Positions 8,801 through 16,156 of a stretch of DNA of 64,000 nt are shown in pieces. Origin of the DNA: Candidatus Yonathbacteria bacterium. GTDB taxonomy: Bacteria > Patescibacteriota > Minisyncoccia > Phycocordibacterales > JACNGX01. The translations under genes and the position numbers were made by a program. The notes under the pieces are model-generated. The model was not told the DNA's origin. It saw only the letters and a program-made list of their open reading frames with translations, and made no database searches. The DNA lies in assembly GCA_013334825.1 (NCBI GenBank), contig JAAXWR010000003.1, positions 37,167 through 101,166 on the forward strand, read 5' to 3'. How positions within the stretch are numbered: position 1 is the first letter of the stretch; each line of letters begins with the position of its first letter.

Positions 8801-10285
8801 AATCTCCTTACGAAGTTCATTCTCACTTTGCGAAACAAATGTTTCCATTTCCTCGTGCGTTATACCCGTGTGAGAAACAACAATAGGTGACGGCGTCGAA
8901 ACAACTCGTTCAATAACTCTCTCAAGAATGACCGGCGATTCTTTTTGTGGTGTATCTTTCTTGTCTGAAAGATGTGGAGTGGATGAAGTAGATGCATCCG
9001 CAGCAGACAACTCATCTGGAAGATGTTCAGATGCGTAAGAAGAAGTGTCCGTAGCAGATGTTGCCAACCCCTGAGACTTTGGAGATGTTTTTATCCCCGC
9101 GATAAAGCGATACAAACGAAGAGCAACAGTATCTATGTATGTTGTTACTTTTTCTCCTATACCAAAAACATTCGCGACCGTGCCTACTCGCAAGGATGCG
9201 AACATGTCATGGTGATAAAAATTTCTCTCCTGTATAGCGGTCGTTACACTCTCTCCCGCCTGATACATAACAGACGCAAGTGTATCGCCAACAAATGTTT
9301 CGCCTGCGACAAGTGTGTCACGCACTGATGTGAAGAAGGTGAAATATCCAGACGAAAAGGAAGATACTGTATCTGCGATAGTTCTTGTGTATGCAACTGC
9401 TTCTTTGCCTACGTGTTCTGTGAGGAAGGTATGAGAAAATGTGCGGGCAAGTGATGCGCGCATGTTTGCAAACGTCGTCATAAGCAATTCACCCGCGAAC
9501 GTACTGAGAGACGCGAGTGTTGCTGTCATCGCGTGTGTTGTTGTGGTGATGTTCGTCGCGACTGCATTCGTCGTGGTTGTCGTGGTACGCGCGATAGCAT
9601 CTGTGATGGTGTGCGTACCACGTGCGAGAGATGAGGTAAAAGTTTCCACCACATCAATAAACATGTCGTGTGTACCATGGGCAAATGTAGACACAAACGT
9701 AACTGTGGAGAGAGAGGTATCTTCTGTTGTTGTATCATAGTCACTGACTTCATAGTCACTGACTTCTTGTGATGATGTGGGTGAAAGAGACGCGACAACA
9801 TGTTGCAGAGGTGCTGAGACTTCAGAGACGACACGAGAAAGACCGCCCTCATGCGCGGAGAGTATTGCATCCCCCGCAAAAATAGTTGCGAGTACCAGGA
9901 CAGCCGTAAGTAAAAACTTTGCAGTCGCTCCCGTTGAGACAGTCGCTTCCGCAACCTCTTTTATGTGAGAAAATAACACCTTGTTATAGAGGGGTACACC
10001 CATCCCCCCATGCTTCAAGAATACCCCATATGCCTTCTTGGAACGAAGAGAGGATTCGGCAATACGTTTGAAAAATCGTTCGCGCTTTTTCCCTCCATAC
10101 GCGTCCATATACACACAGAGTGAATCAAGGTCAATGAAGCGTGTTCTGTTTTTTATTTCCCCTTTGAGACGACCGTTTCGTGCGAGCATGCTCAAATAAT
10201 CGGATGTGAATCCTGTCAATTCGGCGGCTTTTTTTGATGAAACATACTGCGTTCCTTTTGCAGTAGTAAACGAATCTCGTGACAT
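2819..10285 (-). CDS. Giant 2488-aa surface fibre/adhesin-like protein: N-terminal HTH, TM, GNVGIGTT-delimited repeats, C-terminal intramolecular-chaperone-like domains
   Basis: SSKKAAELTGFTSDYLSMLARNGRLKG (HTH-like); hydrophobic segment ~aa 124-142; many GNVGIGTT motifs; GDLSEFF...VGLLGHVPTKV...GDYITSS (peptidase G2-like) followed by S74-like IYRFHYK...MGVMG. Confidence 0.85.
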   Translation of the reverse strand: MSRDSFTTAKGTQYVSSKKAAELTGFTSDYLSMLARNGRLKGEIKNRTRFIDLDSLCVYMDAYGGKKRERFFKRIAESSLRSKKAYGVFLKHGGMGVPLYNKVLFSHIKEVAEATVSTGATAKFLLTAVLVLATIFAGDAILSAHEGGLSRVVSEVSAPLQHVVASLSPTSSQEVSDYEVSDYDTTTEDTSLSTVTFVSTFAHGTHDMFIDVVETFTSSLARGTHTITDAIARTTTTTTNAVATNITTTTHAMTATLASLSTFAGELLMTTFANMRASLARTFSHTFLTEHVGKEAVAYTRTIADTVSSFSSGYFTFFTSVRDTLVAGETFVGDTLASVMYQAGESVTTAIQERNFYHHDMFASLRVGTVANVFGIGEKVTTYIDTVALRLYRFIAGIKTSPKSQGLATSATDTSSYASEHLPDELSAADASTSSTPHLSDKKDTPQKESPVILERVIERVVSTPSPIVVSHTGITHEEMETFVSQSENELRKEIAKVSTVTGDNFRTIALTQRVDKLSGVDISRANIIASTFEGSITGTVGSFSGDVSVEGAASFTGDLSVTGDVSLADVLTIDTTTGLLSVGPGVSTRGIDGTGDVYISGALDVVSGIHVRNSMTVYDDTTSMTVTPSLIIIPNAEFSDITSTGNFSVTAGETGVDTATVSGFARIGFDTIGLTTVGSSSATPLTLLTPLAQEHSLFVENGIEALGNIVVGRNLYPETDVASDIGSLSKRFNNVYATNMVVDTISTAGQAIFNFEPIDTTYGKASLLVNPTAPLANSYLLGIGVAGTPRFSIKETGDAWLRGALTIAGNSYALTGGGLAFGDGDTGFYESSDDVLRLQTAGADRVTVLTDGKVGIGTTSPGAMLEAISSSEQLRLGYDATNNVKFTVGSGGDLTVRPNGNNFSIQPQAATYPTFKLTSNRTTGIGYSFEFLAKASNANRLIAVGTADGSHVIASDRTGTGTPTPIHFRVGNDWNSASTLLALDTSGNVGIGTTNPLQKLDIASGNVRIDNTTHASEYGIIYKGSDRFIHNFNYGLNGGGVTTEGYNTFIGINAGNFSMGSTATLTSHASYNTGIGQSALAANATGFYNSAIGAYALYSNGTGYRNSAIGAYALFANTSGSNNFGLGYQAGRYLADGSTANQASNNSVFLGNDTRALVAGGSNEIVIGANAIGLGSNSVVLGNDSIVTTVLKGNVGIGTTSPAQKLDIASGNVRIDNTTHASEYGIIYKGSDRFIHNFNYGLNGGGVTTEGYNTFIGINAGNFTMGSTATSASQASYNTAVGNSALPSNTTGNLNLAFGSRSLNSNTTGSANVAIGHGSLYNNTTGSNNVAVGRYAGRYLADVSSNETSNNSLFFGNETRALAAGGSNEIVIGASAIGLGSNSVVLGNSSITTTALRGNVGVGVDSPLAKLHLNGGTGALSTGLAFGDGDTGFYEASDDVLRLQTAGADRVTVLADGKVGIGTTGPNAKLEVSGSILASASGAQVTVGSSNKLQFTGDYAGSGDIPAGVYGGSSNGGYSLISGAASPGTNKLGGYYFSTGTGWLSSFEVANVASGYSNLLLMKGGGNVGIGTTSPAQKLDIASGNVRIDNTTHASEYGIIYKGSDRFIHNFNYGLNGGGITTEGGNTFIGINAGNFSMGSTATLTAHASYNTGIGQSALTSNTTGFQNSAIGSYALQNNTTGYNNSAIGREALRSNTTGYQNSAIGANAGRYLANGSTANQTSNNSLFLGYDTRASVAGGSNEIVIGASAIGLGSNTVVLGNDSIVTTVLKGNVGIGTIAPDRRLDVLDATNPQLRLTYTGGSVYTDFQTNSGGDLVITPSGGDARIAGTFGIQSGSYATIFQAGAQSANITYTLPTTSANGVLRNSGGTLSWDTASYPTGTGAAGHIPYWSSSSALTYDADGFFWDATNNYLGLGDMTPDSVLDILSATASNTQLSIGNTNAGNYDPQIGFQLVDGTTNIFTMGVDDSDSDKFKISGGSALGTNDRLVIDSSGNVGIGTTSPSAFLHVLGTTEQFRLGYDASNYLSMVVSSGGMVTLDATGTSSGFTFSDAVTVNGTISTGGNYVMRTSYGTSAPAFSNDGEFGIARVSASNRIYYQSNGNRYFIWNDGAGDLSEFFDNEEGEPFDFGEVVCLSSERDDAVKRCDASSDAFVIGVVSETGSRWNDNEEGTKYDSPEQYVNVGLLGHVPTKVSLENGPIRRGDYITSSSQAGVAMKAIGPGQVIGRALDAYDGESGEVGKIMVMVQSVWWGGNTADAGRDIKHIEELIEDPQEALETLLSTNIYRFHYKEGMGTGDTITEYMGVMGDESPWATQYNGSMTNPTNTLGYMVLGFQAINERFNNFVDEPVVKEEGKTLIGRLLERINTWLSDAGNGIASITAKVFKSERVETKELCLEDVCVTKEQLRTLLEQRGMNTGNGGTTDAPAVEQLPPVTETVAPTQDVLPILDATQEVSIVPDVVVEVPANPEISVPAEQPVQGEVPVLESI
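4960..7325 (-). repeat. Three near-identical ~600-bp intragenic modules, with internal 51-bp (17-aa) tandem units
   Basis: QKLDIASGNVRIDNTTHASEYGIIYKGSDRFIHNFNYGLNGGG occurs 3 times (near 7280, 6660, 5540); CCTATCGCGGAGTT at 5166/5217/5268 and 6954/7005 (51-bp period). Confidence 0.92.
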
Positions 10286-10339
10286 TTAGTATTATTTTAC
10301 AATATTATTTCGTCACCCGCTCTCTTTTTTTCTCAAAAC

Positions 10340-10348
10340 TGTGGATAA
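10340..10348 (-). promoter_or_regulatory. Perfect DnaA box upstream of the giant fibre gene
   Basis: TGTGGATAA (TTATCCACA on minus strand); function unproven. Confidence 0.35.
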
Positions 10349-10403
10349 ATAAAACAAGATAAAATCATGACGAAATATCTTTATAGAACAACACCATTTC
10401 ACC

Positions 10404-11174
10404 TTATAACGCAAACATTATACTTTCTATTGCATCATACAATGGTGTCCCTCCTCTATGCGCATCGTGATATGCGTGCACTAAACATTTTGAGAAGTCC
10501 TGCAGTTCTTGGCTAGAAAAATGTTCTGCCGCGCGTTTGCTTTTATTAAAGACAAATTGTTTGATACCCGCTTCATCAGCCGTCTTACATATCTTGGATA
10601 CATACAGGGATTTCACTTGCCAAAAGAGCATGCCATGGATTTCTTCTGCTTGGATATCGCACATGCGCGCGCGGCAAAGAAGCGCCCACGCGCGCTTTTT
10701 ATCCCGTGCGGCAAACGCATCAGAAATATCAAATGTCGAAAAACCAGCGCACATTGTGCCAAGTGGAGACATCTGCGCGGTATGTTGCGCGGGCGCGGCA
10801 TGTCGATATATGGACTTTTCCGTATCATAGATATAGACGCGTTCGGCGTACTTTTCAAAAATCTTTTTTGTTTTGGCATCGACTTTTGTTTCGTACAAAA
10901 GAAATATGTTCTCAGACGTTGCCATGTCGGGAAGTATTGGGACAAGTGCTTCACGTGCATGCTCATCAATGAAAATACCATCAAGTATCACAAGTGACCT
11001 ACCACCAAAAAGACCCACACTTCGCGCAAGCGTCGCAAGTGTCGCTATGTCAAACGTATCCGCATCAAAGACCGACACAGAGGCATCAGGACGCTTCTGT
11101 ATAAGCGTATCGCGGAGTGCTATAAATTTCGCGCGACTTATTACAGTATTGGTACCAAGAGTGATGTAAAGCAT
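10404..11174 (-). CDS. holA: DNA polymerase III delta subunit-like protein (short)
   Basis: MLYITLG start, SVGLFGGRSLVIL, FDISDAFAARDKKRAW, EEIHGMLFWQVK. Confidence 0.7.
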   Translation of the reverse strand: MLYITLGTNTVISRAKFIALRDTLIQKRPDASVSVFDADTFDIATLATLARSVGLFGGRSLVILDGIFIDEHAREALVPILPDMATSENIFLLYETKVDAKTKKIFEKYAERVYIYDTEKSIYRHAAPAQHTAQMSPLGTMCAGFSTFDISDAFAARDKKRAWALLCRARMCDIQAEEIHGMLFWQVKSLYVSKICKTADEAGIKQFVFNKSKRAAEHFSSQELQDFSKCLVHAYHDAHRGGTPLYDAIESIMFAL

Positions 11175-11194
11175 ATGCGAGTTGCGAGCACACT

Positions 11195-11322
11195 TACGAA
11201 TAACGAATGTGTACGAATATACGAATGATATATAACATGTGTGAAAGAAACTTTTTATTCGTATATTCGTACACATTCGTTATTCGTATGTTCATATTTC
11301 TTCATTCACATCTCGTTTCGTA
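11195..11322. repeat. Palindromic ACGAAT-family intergenic repeat (copy 1)
   Basis: TACGAATAACGAATGTGTACGAATATACGAAT followed by its reverse complement ATTCGTATATTCGTACACATTCGTTATTCGTA; right arm recurs at 15358-15423. Confidence 0.85.
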
Positions 11323-11365
11323 GGCTCCCTGCACCACGCAAGATACAGAGCAGGCTCGACATGTA

Positions 11366-12283
11366 TTATTCAATGCGTTCATTTGTTATCGCAACAAGTC
11401 GTGTTCGGTATTCTTCTTCATCAATGGCTCCATTGGCATAGAGTTTTTCTACACCGGCGAGGTATTGTTCTTTCACTTCTTGAGCGGTAAGAGAACGGGC
11501 GTAGATACGGACGTCGTCGATAATGCCATCCCAAAATCTATTACTATAATGCCAGCCAATGACTGTCTTGGTTGGTGTAAAAACCCCAGGAACTATATTC
11601 GTCAAATGTGTTTTTTTTATCACACCATTCAAATATATCTTCACTGAAGACCCATCATACGTACCCATGACATGATACCATTCACCTGTATTTAAGATAT
11701 TCTCAGTCGTTACGATATTTTCTGTGGAGGATGTCCCGTTTGCAACTGAAAATACTAAACTATTATTACTGCCCGAAAAAAGCACCAGCCTTAACTGAGC
11801 CCACGCAGGACCTACTTCACTTGAAAAGATCGTCATCTTAGTAGGATTCCAATGGCTAGCTTTTACCCATGCTGAAACAGCGCCTTGGTTGGGGTTTATA
11901 ACTGTGGCATTATTTAGATTAACATAATCATTCACCCCATCAAACGACAACGCATATTTACTCACCCCCGCATTGTAGGTATCGGTGGTAAAGGTTGCAC
12001 CAGATATGGTACCGTGATTACCCCAACCAGACACATCTCTGACAGTAACGCCTGACCCTTCTTCGAAGTTCCACATACCGACTGCGTCGGCACCCATAAT
12101 ACGGTCGTTTTGGGCAGCAAATTGGAGTGCTGTTTTTTGTTTTGCATCATCACGTGCTTTGTTGACGCTGGCAAGGACGATGGAAGAAAGAAGTCCGATG
12201 ATGGAAACGACAACAAGGAGTTCGATGAGCGTGAAGGCGCGGTATGTTGATGCTCTCTGTGATGAGAACGATATGTGCATCAT
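11366..12283 (-). CDS. Type IV pilin-like protein with LamG (concanavalin A-like) domain
   Basis: AFTLIELLVVVSIIGLLSSIVLASVNKAR prepilin motif; WNFEEGSG, SFDGVNDYV, WYHVMGTYDG, GIIDDVRIYARSL. Confidence 0.9.
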   Translation of the reverse strand: MMHISFSSQRASTYRAFTLIELLVVVSIIGLLSSIVLASVNKARDDAKQKTALQFAAQNDRIMGADAVGMWNFEEGSGVTVRDVSGWGNHGTISGATFTTDTYNAGVSKYALSFDGVNDYVNLNNATVINPNQGAVSAWVKASHWNPTKMTIFSSEVGPAWAQLRLVLFSGSNNSLVFSVANGTSSTENIVTTENILNTGEWYHVMGTYDGSSVKIYLNGVIKKTHLTNIVPGVFTPTKTVIGWHYSNRFWDGIIDDVRIYARSLTAQEVKEQYLAGVEKLYANGAIDEEEYRTRLVAITNERIE

Positions 12284-12291
12284 GATAGATA

Positions 12292-12335
12292 TAGTATAGC
12301 ATGTGCGAGTTGCGAGTTGCGAGTTAATAATTATG
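12292..12335 (-). promoter_or_regulatory. Extended -10 promoter preceded by a (ACTCGCA)3 heptamer array
   Basis: Minus strand CATAATTATTA-(ACTCGCA)3-CA-TGCTATACT-9 nt-ATG. Confidence 0.65.
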
Positions 12336-12472
12336 TGGTGGATATAGCATTTGTCAGTTTTTCTCTGTATTTCATTTTCCAAAGCATCAAACAACACATG
12401 CCAAATCACAAACAAATATCAATCATCAAATGCTAAAACGTTGTTTGAATATTAGGTATTAGAATTTGAATA

Positions 12473-14908
12473 TTATTTGGATTTTGAGGATTGAGATTTA
12501 GAATTTCCATTATTTGCTACCACTTCCATCTTCCCCCATCGTACCCCTTTTGACGCATTGACGACAAGTGGCACGGGAAGTTCTACGGCATATTCCATCG
12601 CCTGTTTGATAAGAGGAATGGCTTCACCCACGTTATCCGTATCTACTTCAAAAAGTAGTTCGTCATGCACCTGGAGAAGGAGCCGTACATGCGTCTCATA
12701 TCCTGCCTCATGTATGGCATCATCGACTTTTTTCATTGCAATTTTAATAATATCCGCAGCGGTCCCTTGAATCGGTGCATTCATCGCTTGTCGCTCCGCC
12801 CCCGCACGAATATAGGGAATGTGCGAGCGTATCTCGGCAAGACGTCGCTTTCGTCCAAACATTGTCGTGGTAAAACCGTCTCGTGCCACGCCCTGCTTCA
12901 CTGTATCAAAATACTCGCCCACACGCGGAAATCGTTCGAAATAATGATCATAAAACATCCGTGCTTCGGCAAGCGTCCCCCCCATTGTGGCGCGGAGCGC
13001 TTGCACTCCCATGCCATACACAATACCAAAGTTTATCACTTTTGCTTTGCGTCGCATGTCCTTTGTCACTTCATGGGGAGCTACGCCAAAAACCTGCTCG
13101 GCAACTGCCGTATGAATGTCATACCCTTCATTGAACGCGGACACGAGTGTTTCGTCTCCCGAAAGCGCGGCAAGTACACGCATCTCAATTTGTGAATAAT
13201 CAAACGCACACAGTAGTGTCCCTTCCGGCGCGACAAACGCATCACGAATAATAATTCCTTCTCCTTGTGTTGGAATATTTTGTAAATTTGGTCCCGACGA
13301 GGAAAAGCGCCCTGTTGTGGTGCCTGTTTGGTCAAGGTGCGTATGCACACGACCATCAGCATCTGCAAGCGCGGGAAGTGTATCAACGTATGTAGAAACA
13401 AGCTTCTGGAGCTCGCGATACGCAAGTATGTTTTCAATAATCGGATGCGCGTCTTTTAATTTTTCAAGTTCTGATTCACGCGTGCTTCGCGCACCACCCG
13501 CTGTCTTTTTCAGTCCTTTTACAGTAAGCCCCAAAACATCAAACAATATCTCGCCAAGTTGTTTTGGTGAATTGATATTAAACTCTTGTCCCGCGAGCGC
13601 ATAGATATCCTTTGCCATATCATCGAGACGCGCGTGATAGGTAACAGATAGTTCCTCAAGAAACGGTTTATCAATGCGAATACCACGAAGTTCCGCTGCG
13701 GTGATAATAGGGGCAATGGGCATTTCAATATCACGCCACACGGACAGCAACCCATCCGCTTCAAGGTCATCCATAATGCGCGCACGTGCACGCGAAAAAT
13801 CGCGCGTCCCCGCATACGCATAGATGTCATCAAGTGACGGATTGGTCGTATCTGACGCGAGAAGCCAAAGTGCGATGGCGGTCTCACGGATTTCCGTAGG
13901 GTCGGGCGGGGCGCCTTCATCGGAAGGCGCCCCGCCCGACATATCATCATCATTCGTCACATCCCCTTCCGTGCCAAGAAGCGCGCGAAAACGCGGGATA
14001 AGAGAGCGAAATTCAAGCGTATGAAAAAGCCCTTCTACACGAGAAGTATCGAGCGCCTCGCGCCACGTATTATCAGGCAACACAAAAGACACAGGGGCAT
14101 CGCGCCGAATCGTCGCGAGTGTTTTTGAAAATAATGCTTCGTCTTCACCGTCAGTAAGCAATTTTACAACACGTGGAGAGAGCCCTGCTTTTCTCAATGT
14201 TTCCTCTCCTTCTTTTTTGAGACATGTATAGATATCTTCAATAGAACCAAACGTAGCTACCAGTGTCGTTGCTGTTTTTTCACCAATACCCGCAATGCCG
14301 ATAATATTATCAGAAGGGTCACCACGAAGTCCTTTATAGTCAGGGAGAAGACGTGGCCCAAAACCAAAACGTTCTCGTACAGCATCTTCGTTATACATGA
14401 TCGTATCATTCAACCCTTTTTTTAATGTATATACGCGGACACTATTATTCTCCACAAGTTGTAGTGTATCCATATCACCAGACGCAATCACCACATCAAT
14501 ATCGGGATATGCCTTTCTTACTTGCGCGGCAATAGTTCCCAACACGTCATCCGCCTCAAAACCAACCGCTTCATACACAGGGATACCAAACACCGCAAAG
14601 ATATCACGCGAACGTATGATTTGCGACACAAGTGCGTCGTCCGTCTTCGCCCGACCAGCTTTATATCCATCATAGGCATCGTGCCGAAACGTAGGCTCAG
14701 GAAGGTCATAACACGCCACAATATAATCAGGGCGAAGTTCCTTAACAATATTCATAAGCATTGCCGACACTCCGTAGAGCCCTCCCGACGGCTCGCCTGC
14801 TGATGTAGAGAAATCGGGCAACGCATGATACGCACGATGAATAATAGCGTGCGCATCGAGAAGGACGAGGGTTTTTCGTTTGTGTATTACATCATGCATA
14901 TCTGTCAT
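12473..14908 (-). CDS. polA: DNA polymerase I (compact; proofreading domain apparently reduced)
   Basis: LLDAHAIIHRAYHA, EADD, GDPSDNI; TTGRFSS, DYSQIEMR, KVINFGIVYG, QVHDEL. Confidence 0.97.
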   Translation of the reverse strand: MTDMHDVIHKRKTLVLLDAHAIIHRAYHALPDFSTSAGEPSGGLYGVSAMLMNIVKELRPDYIVACYDLPEPTFRHDAYDGYKAGRAKTDDALVSQIIRSRDIFAVFGIPVYEAVGFEADDVLGTIAAQVRKAYPDIDVVIASGDMDTLQLVENNSVRVYTLKKGLNDTIMYNEDAVRERFGFGPRLLPDYKGLRGDPSDNIIGIAGIGEKTATTLVATFGSIEDIYTCLKKEGEETLRKAGLSPRVVKLLTDGEDEALFSKTLATIRRDAPVSFVLPDNTWREALDTSRVEGLFHTLEFRSLIPRFRALLGTEGDVTNDDDMSGGAPSDEGAPPDPTEIRETAIALWLLASDTTNPSLDDIYAYAGTRDFSRARARIMDDLEADGLLSVWRDIEMPIAPIITAAELRGIRIDKPFLEELSVTYHARLDDMAKDIYALAGQEFNINSPKQLGEILFDVLGLTVKGLKKTAGGARSTRESELEKLKDAHPIIENILAYRELQKLVSTYVDTLPALADADGRVHTHLDQTGTTTGRFSSSGPNLQNIPTQGEGIIIRDAFVAPEGTLLCAFDYSQIEMRVLAALSGDETLVSAFNEGYDIHTAVAEQVFGVAPHEVTKDMRRKAKVINFGIVYGMGVQALRATMGGTLAEARMFYDHYFERFPRVGEYFDTVKQGVARDGFTTTMFGRKRRLAEIRSHIPYIRAGAERQAMNAPIQGTAADIIKIAMKKVDDAIHEAGYETHVRLLLQVHDELLFEVDTDNVGEAIPLIKQAMEYAVELPVPLVVNASKGVRWGKMEVVANNGNSKSQSSKSK

Positions 14909-15050
14909 GAAACATAGAGACAGTATATCAGATAGGCGTCGAGTTGCGAGTACGATTACAGATGAAGAACCCTGATGCAGAGCATCGAAATATTGAGAAT
15001 AGCGAATGTCACGAATCGTAAAACAAGAACTGGCGACTCTTCATCTAGCA

Positions 15051-15210
15051 TCAAGTTCAGGATGACACTCTTTTCCATCTGTCATTCTGTGCTTGCCCCA
15101 GAATCCACGTCGGAGGCGTTATGTATTATTCCATTGACGTGGATCCTGAATCAAGTTCAGGATGACGAACGAGAGGGTTTAGGATGGCGGACAGTGGCGT
15201 TCAGGACGAC
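15051..15210. repeat. REP/RPE-like palindromic repeat cluster
   Basis: TCAAGTTCAGGATGAC twice, plus GTCATTCTG...AGAATCCACGTC...GACGTGGATCCTGAATCAAGTTCAGGATGAC and a degenerate GTTCAGGACGAC. Confidence 0.7.
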
Positions 15211-15249
15211 GGATCTTGTTGAGTTACGAATTATAAGTTTCAAGAACAC

Positions 15250-15495
15250 TTACGAATAACGAATACGATTTCTTTTTCATTTTATAGTTTTCTTCTTCAT
15301 ATTTCTATTTTCTTATTTCATCGTTTATCGTTTTTTATAGTTTATCGTTTCTTAGTCATTCGTATATTCGTACACATTCGTTATTCGTATGTTCATATTT
15401 CTTCATTCACGTCCCGTTTCGTATGTTCGTACAAGTTCGTAATTCGTAACCCTTAATTCTTGATTCGTGCTTCGTGATTCTTGATTCGAGTGTTC
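15250..15495. repeat. Composite short-period intergenic repeat (ACGAAT/TTCGT family)
   Basis: 15358-15423 nearly identical to 11257-11322; 15270-15370 resembles the reverse complement of 24271-24420. Confidence 0.8.
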
Positions 15496-15521
15496 GTCCC
15501 TATCACCTCTCACCTATTTCC

Positions 15522-15986
15522 TCATGCCCCACCCCGTTTCATATTCCTCATAGATATCTTTCGCGTTTCCTCATCCACATGCGTAAACACCATTGGTATC
15601 ATGTCTTTCGGTAGTATATGCTCCACCCGCTCTGGCCATTCAATACACACAAGGTTGTGCGGTTCAGCAACAATACCATGCCATCCAAGCGATGACATGG
15701 TATCGCCTTCGTCAAGACGATAGGCATCAATATGCACAAGACGACGAAACAAAGTTCCTGGATGTTCAGGAATTATATATGTTCGCAGGAGTGCAAATGT
15801 AGGACTCGTCACTGTTTCCTTGATACCAAGCTCATGGGCAAGTGCTTTGACAAACGCTGTCTTTCCCGCACCAAGGTCGCCCGAGAGAGCAAGGACAGTC
15901 GCGGCGTTTTCGCTTCGCGAAAACGCCGCGACTACTTCCCGCGCAACAACATTCATCTCTTGTATACCACGCACAATATATTCCAT
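15522..15986 (-). CDS. tsaE: tRNA t6A biosynthesis ATPase
   Basis: LSGDLGAGKT, VTSPTF, HIDAYRL, IEWPE. Confidence 0.96.
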   Translation of the reverse strand: MEYIVRGIQEMNVVAREVVAAFSRSENAATVLALSGDLGAGKTAFVKALAHELGIKETVTSPTFALLRTYIIPEHPGTLFRRLVHIDAYRLDEGDTMSSLGWHGIVAEPHNLVCIEWPERVEHILPKDMIPMVFTHVDEETRKISMRNMKRGGA

Positions 15987-16072
15987 ACACCCAGAATATA
16001 CGTCTCTCTACACACACGCAAGCCTAAATCTATGCGGAACCTATGCGGAAAGAACGCAGAACTTCGCGGACG

Positions 16073-16105
16073 AAACAACCCCACACTGAACGTGCGGGGT
16101 TGTTT
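16073..16105 (-). terminator. Intrinsic terminator
   Basis: AAACAACCCC...GGGGTTGTTT hairpin downstream of the 839-aa gene. Confidence 0.6.
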
Positions 16106-16156
16106 CGTTTATAGTTTACGGTTTTTTCTTTTTATAATTTACCGTTTACCGTTCCT

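Noticed and set aside
2819-10285. Prophage integrated at tRNA-Lys
   Set aside because: Only the fibre-like gene is present; no integrase, capsid, terminase or distal att copy was seen
14975-15259. 94-aa ORF
   Set aside because: Consists mostly of translated palindromic repeat sequence
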